In this document: one piece after another, positions 59,601 to 64,000 of the stretch
Position numbering within the stretch: the first letter of the stretch is position 1
Layout of the letters: each line of letters starts with the position of its first letter
Assembly: GCA_965218795.1 (NCBI GenBank)
Contig: OZ244653.1
Coordinates: forward strand, 3,072,001-3,136,000
DNA: 64,000 nt
Direction: 5' to 3'
From: a bacterium
GTDB taxonomy: Bacteria; UBA8248; JACPRG01; G963555815
Position numbers and translations under genes: made by a program
The notes under the pieces: generated by a model
Told to the model about the DNA's origin: nothing
Databases searched by the model: none
What the model saw: the letters and a program-made list of their open reading frames with translations, nothing else

Positions 59601-60450
59601 GATTTAACCCGGCGGTGGACACCTCAGACTGTGCGCAGGAGGTGTTCAGATGGCAAAGACTCATCCGCCTTACGCGCTGGCGTACCGGCGCCAGATGGTC
59701 GAACTGGTTCGCTCGGGCCGTACGCCCGGGGAGCTGGCACGCGAGTTGGAGTGCTCCGCTTCGGCGATTCGCTACTGGGTACGCCAAGCCGATCGGGATG
59801 AGGGCCGTCGTGAGGACGGTCTGAGGAGCACGGAGCTCGAGGAACTGCGGCGGCTTCGTCGGGAGAATCGCCAGCTTCGCGAGGAACGGGAGAGCCTACA
59901 AAAAAGCTACGGCTTGGTTCGCACGGGAGACCGGCTCGGTACGGGCGAAGTGTTCGAGCTCGTGAGGGCGAATCAGGCCCATCATCGGGTAGCCACGATG
60001 TGCCGGGTGCTGGGTGTCTCTCCCAGCGGGTACTACGCGTGGCGAAGCCGTGGGCGTTCGAATCGTGCGAAGCGCGACGAGGAGTTGCGGGGCACGATAC
60101 GGACCATCCACGATGCCTCTGGAGGCGCCTACGGGGCGCCTCGGGTGCATGCCGAGCTGGTGGCCCAGGGATGCCAAGTGAGTCGCAAACGGGTAGCTCG
60201 CCTGATGCGCGAGGCGGGATTGGCCGGGGTGAGCTGACGCCGAGGCACGGGCACTACGCGTGTGGACCCGAGCCATCGTGCGGTGCCGGACCGGGTCGAA
60301 CGCCAGTTCCAGGACGATGCGCCGGACCGCCTCTGGGTGGTGGGATGGTCGATGGCCCATCATCTTCGCACCGAACTGGTGCTCGGGGCGCTGAACATGG
60401 CGTTGGGACAACGCCGCCCCGAAGGGGTCGTGCATCATTCCGACAGGGAG
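59599..60450 (+). mobile_element. Degenerate IS3-family element
   Basis: orfA MAKTHPPYALAYRRQMVELVRSG (59650); AAAAAAG site; orfB MCRVLGVSPSGYYAW...YGAPRV...; premature TGA at 60235; deleted core; ends at VVHHSDR. Confidence 0.85.
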
Positions 60451-60519
60451 TATGTGAGGGCCGGTTACCTGAGGTGGTCTGACCCGTACCGCGAGCAACG
60501 CCTTCGCACCTGCGCGGCC

Positions 60520-60790
60520 TGGAGACCGGACACCGTCGGATACCGCGACCCCGTCCGTGGTCGCCACCAAGCTCTCGCTGAAGTACCTCGCCCGCAGGGT
60601 CCTGGACCTGAATGACGAGATCGCCGAGCTGAACCGGTTCAACGGTCCGCTGGTCGAGGAGCTCGCGCCCAATCTGCTCGAGCTCGAAGGCGTGGGAATC
60701 GAGAATGCTGGCGAACTGATGGTCGCCGCGGGGGAGAATCTGGACCGGCTGCGCTCCGAGGCGAGCTTCGCGATGATGTGTGGCGCCTGC
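60520..60790 (+). mobile_element. Internal fragment of an IS110-family transposase
   Basis: LARRVLDLNDEI...LEGVG...AGENLDRLRSEASFAMMCGA. Confidence 0.7.
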
Positions 60791-60892
60791 CTGACCAGAC
60801 CGAGTTTTTGTACCACTCCTTGGGAGAGAGTTTACATGACAGCCTGAGGCTGTGAACCCGGTTTTGGGGGGAAGGAATGGCTTACAGGCCCC

Positions 60893-61030
60893 CGGCGCCT
60901 CGGCCTGCGCCTCGTTGCAGAACCACCGCTCGCCCTTCGACGTGTCGATTCGGGTCTGGTCATAGGCCCGGCCTCCCGGCACATGATAGATGCGCACGCC
61001 CGTGCGGCTGATGTTCCCCTTTCTGATGCG
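60893..61030 (-). pseudogene. C-terminal fragment of a thermonuclease-associated/ExoI-like small domain
   Basis: IRKGNISRTGVRIYHVPGGRAYDQTRIDTSKGERWFCNEAQAEA. Confidence 0.55.
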
Positions 61031-61167
61031 CTACAACCTTTCGAGATGTCCTCCATGCGGAGGAGGGGACGGGTCATGGGCCGGCCGCGGTCGGTAGAGG
61101 AGCCGACGGGGGGAAAGCCGGGCGATGCCGGCCCTCCCCCGTGTCCGAATCGTATGGACTGAGACGG

Positions 61168-62157
61168 CTAGTTCTTCAGGGGTTTCGGAATGAACGGCAC
61201 CTTGATCTTTCCGGCGATGATGTCGTCCCGAATCTTCAGCACTTTGTCCTGTATGGATTTGGGGACGTTGTGAAACTCGGAAAGATCGGTGACCCCTCCG
61301 ACCTTCATCGGATTGACATAAAGGCCGGGGGTGAAGGACCCGTCCTTGAAATACTTGACGATGGGATCAACGGCGGTTCCGCCGTAATCGACGAGTTGCG
61401 TCACGATCACGGCCTTGGGCGCCACCTTGTATTGGTCGAGCCCGTTTCCGATCGCCATAACCCCCTTGTCCTGCGCCGCCCGGACAATCGCCAGGCCCGC
61501 GTGGTCGGCCACATGGTAGAGAACGTCCGCGCCGGCGGAGATCTGCGCCAAGGCCGCCTCCTTGGCCTTGCTCAGGTCTTCAAAGCTGTTGATGTACACC
61601 ATATGGATTTTCGCGCAGGGGTTGACCGCCTTGGCGCCGAGCCGGAAGGCCTCCGCCTGTGAGACGATGGAAGGAAACGGGAACCCGCCGATTGCCCCCA
61701 ACTGGTTCTTTTTCGTCATCATCCCGGCCAATGCGCCCGCGACGTAGGCGCTCTCGTTGCTGGCAATCTGGAGCACGCGAACGTTCTTCTGCTTCCCGTC
61801 CTTGTTCACAATCCCGAGGATATTGAGGAATTTCGTTTTTGGAAACTTGGGGGCGACCTTCATGATCGGATCGCCGAACTGGAACCCCTGCCCGACGACC
61901 ACGTCGTATCCCTGGACGGCGTAATTGCTCAGTGTGGAGACGAATTTCGGAGGCGGGGTGTTCTCCGAGAAAGCGACCTCGTACCCCATCTTTTTCAGGC
62001 GCAACACCGCCTCGTATCCCGTCTGGTTGAATCCCTCGTCGTTGATGGTTCCGGGAAGCACCCAGGCCACCCGCTTTTGAGCCCAGGCCTGTCCTCCTGT
62101 CAGAAACGATGTGATCAAGAAGCCTGCGGCCGCAATCCCTATGAGAATTTTCTTCAT
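61168..62157 (-). CDS. BMP-family ABC transporter substrate-binding protein
   Basis: Signal peptide; LPGTINDEGFNQ, GYDVVVGQGFQF, ESAYVAGALAG, FEDLSKAKEAA, DIIAGKIKVP. Confidence 0.92.
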   Translation of the reverse strand: MKKILIGIAAAGFLITSFLTGGQAWAQKRVAWVLPGTINDEGFNQTGYEAVLRLKKMGYEVAFSENTPPPKFVSTLSNYAVQGYDVVVGQGFQFGDPIMKVAPKFPKTKFLNILGIVNKDGKQKNVRVLQIASNESAYVAGALAGMMTKKNQLGAIGGFPFPSIVSQAEAFRLGAKAVNPCAKIHMVYINSFEDLSKAKEAALAQISAGADVLYHVADHAGLAIVRAAQDKGVMAIGNGLDQYKVAPKAVIVTQLVDYGGTAVDPIVKYFKDGSFTPGLYVNPMKVGGVTDLSEFHNVPKSIQDKVLKIRDDIIAGKIKVPFIPKPLKN

Positions 62158-62321
62158 TTCACTTCCTCCTTTCCATGGCGATATGCCTTTGAGCCCTTCC
62201 GGAACTCACGTGTCGCCCCCTCGGACCGATCGGCGCCCGGAGGATACCGGCCGGGTATTCGGTATTCCGAGGAAGCGTCCTACACTCCACCCGCTTCTGC
62301 GCTTCCGGCCTCAACCTCCGC

Positions 62322-62705
62322 TCATTTGGGGTTGGGACGGGGCTTCGGAATAAACGGGACCTCGGTCTTCCCGTCGAGGATATCCTGGCGGGCCTTCATC
62401 ACCCGTTCTCTGATCGACTGCGAGACGTTGCCGTGAATCTTGCTGAAGTCCGTGACCCCTGACTTCATGCTATACCGAAGGTCGATACGAACTTCGGCGG
62501 CGGGGTGAGCTCGAAGAACGCGGTCTTGACGCCGTGCATTTTCCGAAGCCTCACCAGTCCGCTGTATGCGCTCTGATTGAAACCGTTGTCGTTGATGGTT
62601 CCAGGCAGGACCAGCGCCACCCTTTTTGGGGCCAGGGCCGGTCCCGTCCCCATCCACAGGACAACGAAAAAAACGGCGGTCGATATTGTTGCGAGAATCG
62701 GCCTG
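62322..62705 (-). pseudogene. BMP-family paralogue with most of the middle deleted
   Basis: N-terminus KRVALVLPGTINDNGFNQ...PPKFVST joined directly to C-terminus GVTDFS...DILDGKTEVPFIPKP. Confidence 0.8.
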
Positions 62706-62759
62706 ATGTCTGTCCCTCCCTCAGACAAATGAGTTCACTTCGCGATCCAGTGCCCTGGC

Positions 62760-62972
62760 GAAACTCTGATTAATAGGCAGGACATTATACATATAGTTAT
62801 GATTCTACGGAGATGAGGACATTTGTATGTGCCAGCAAACGTTTTCAGAGACGGGGTTCGAGAAGTACCAGAAGAAGACGAGGAAGGAACAGTTTTTGGA
62901 GGAGATGGAAGGAATTATACCGCGGAAAGAGCTGACGGAAGCCATAGAACCCTTCTATCCCAAACCGGAGGG
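62760..62972 (+). mobile_element. IS5-family (IS5 group) left end and 5' transposase fragment
   Basis: gaaactctgattaa end motif; QQTFSETGFEKYQKKTRKEQFLEEME...IEPFYPK. Confidence 0.75.
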
Positions 62973-63640
62973 GGGGGCGGGAATGGCCATGACCCTCTTC
63001 GCGCGCAGGGCGGCGTATTTGGCCTTGTAGAGAGGTTCGTAGGCCTCGGAGAGCAGCGTGGCGAGGACAATTCTGCCGACACCGGGAAGTGATGCCAGGA
63101 TTGCCGCGTCACGCTGCGGTTCCATCCCCGGGCTGGCCTCCGGATTTTCAGAGAGGCTCCCACGGCCGCGGTCAGCCGGTCCATTTGACGATATGCCCTC
63201 GCCAGCTGGTTGGCGACAAGTTGGAGCTGGCTGACGATGACCTCGATATGGGCGACGGCCGCTTCGGTAGTTTGGGGCGCGACGACGATGGCCAGCTCCC
63301 GCAAGCGCTTCAGGACTTCCTGAGCGCTGATGGATCGCACGCGATGGCACTTGAGGAACTTCTCCACGGCGGCCAAGCGGAGGCATCCGGCTTTGGCGGG
63401 CGTCGGCGCGAGCACCCACAGATTGAGCACCCAGGCCCTGGTCAAATCGCTCTCGACCTTGAGAAGCTGGGGAAAATAGCGCCAGAGCTCCTGTCTCAGG
63501 CGGTTCACCAAGCGGGTCCGTTCACCGGTAAGGTCGTTGGCGATGCGCGTCCACTCGCGAAGCTGGATCACTTCAGGCGTGTCCGTATCGAGCTTGCGGA
63601 AGAAGCGGCGATCAGTGCGCAGCGCATCGGCCAGCGTGAG
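62973..63640 (-). mobile_element. Internal fragment of an IS110-family transposase (frameshifted)
   Basis: LADALRTD...LREWTR...ERTRLVNRLRQELWRYFP...RDAAILASLPGVGRIVLATLLSEA. Confidence 0.8.
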
Positions 63641-63869
63641 GATGGCGTTACCCCGTCCGAGCGCCTGTACGACACGGAGCGTGATGACAGACCTGCGCTG
63701 TGATTGGATTCCGTGTGATTCCCAATAGATTCCCAGTACGGTAAAATCGCGCTGCTTTGATAAACGAAAATCATGGAAACTTATTTATTTACAATAAGTT
63801 GAATTGGTTACAGTGGACGGGATTTGGACCCTCGAAATTCAGTTTGTCAGGCTGAAGAAGACGCCGAGC

Positions 63870-64000
63870 TCAGTCGAGGTAACCCGGCTTCGCGAGCTTG
63901 GCCTTGACGGCTTCGGCTTCCTCGGGGGTGTAGTGGTAATCTCCCTGTTCGAGGTGGCCGAGCGCCTCAAGGGTATCCAGTATCCGGCCCGCGCTTTCCT
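63870..64000 (-). CDS. C-terminus of a gene entering from the right edge (possibly adenylyl-sulfate kinase-like)
   Basis: ESAGRILDTLEALGHL...YTPEEAEAVKAKLAKPGYLD*; only 42 aa are visible. Confidence 0.4.
   Translation of the reverse strand, partial: ESAGRILDTLEALGHLEQGDYHYTPEEAEAVKAKLAKPGYLD

Noticed and set aside
9720-60237. Genome-wide UGA reassignment (alternative genetic code) suggested by several in-frame TGAs
   Set aside because: Many intact genes end in TGA at their expected C-termini (UbiD, phoU, ygeY, ssb), so TGA is a normal stop.
46094-60450. Composite transposon formed by the two related IS3 orfA copies
   Set aside because: The copies are clearly diverged, both incomplete and point outward, with no shared target duplication visible.
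63770-63860. AT-rich stretch resembling a mobile-element end
   Set aside because: No matching partner end or associated transposase could be identified in the window.

Overview
GC-rich bacterial chromosomal window, probably from a metagenome-type assembly, showing heavy pseudogenisation and IS debris. (1) 1-9.4 kb: C-terminus of a Mo-hydroxylase large subunit, a UbiD decarboxylase, a deleted IS5 copy, an orphan TPP-enzyme beta subunit and a sahR-metF-metH operon with a visible operator. (2) 9.5-16.1 kb: small redox genes, including a DsbA-family gene whose first CxxC Cys is an in-frame TGA followed by a SECIS-like hairpin (likely selenoprotein), then a decaying Pho locus (Pho boxes, OprO/P porin with internal TGA, phoU, truncated phoB). 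(3) 16.2-37.9 kb: a nucleobase/N-heterocycle catabolism region (Rieske oxygenase, isochorismatase, BMP binding protein, amidohydrolases, YheO regulator, YgeY, YgeW-like transcarbamylase, SDR, two xanthine-dehydrogenase-family large subunits with FAD and 2Fe-2S subunits, deaminases), interrupted by a repeat-flanked toxin-antitoxin pair. (4) 37.9-61 kb: a foreign island with an IS5, a three-gene Azaca-like defence operon (DUF6361-like protein, PLD nuclease, SNF2-like helicase) bracketed by two copies of an unexplained multi-palindrome non-coding element, a ~2060-aa TPR/PIN-like protein, a conjugative-element leading-region relic (RHH, DUF2493, DUF4326, toprim, ssb, small ORFs) and IS3/IS110 fragments. 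(5) 61-64 kb: BMP genes and more IS fragments. No rRNA, tRNA or CRISPR array was seen. All family assignments come from motif recognition by eye, not database searches.
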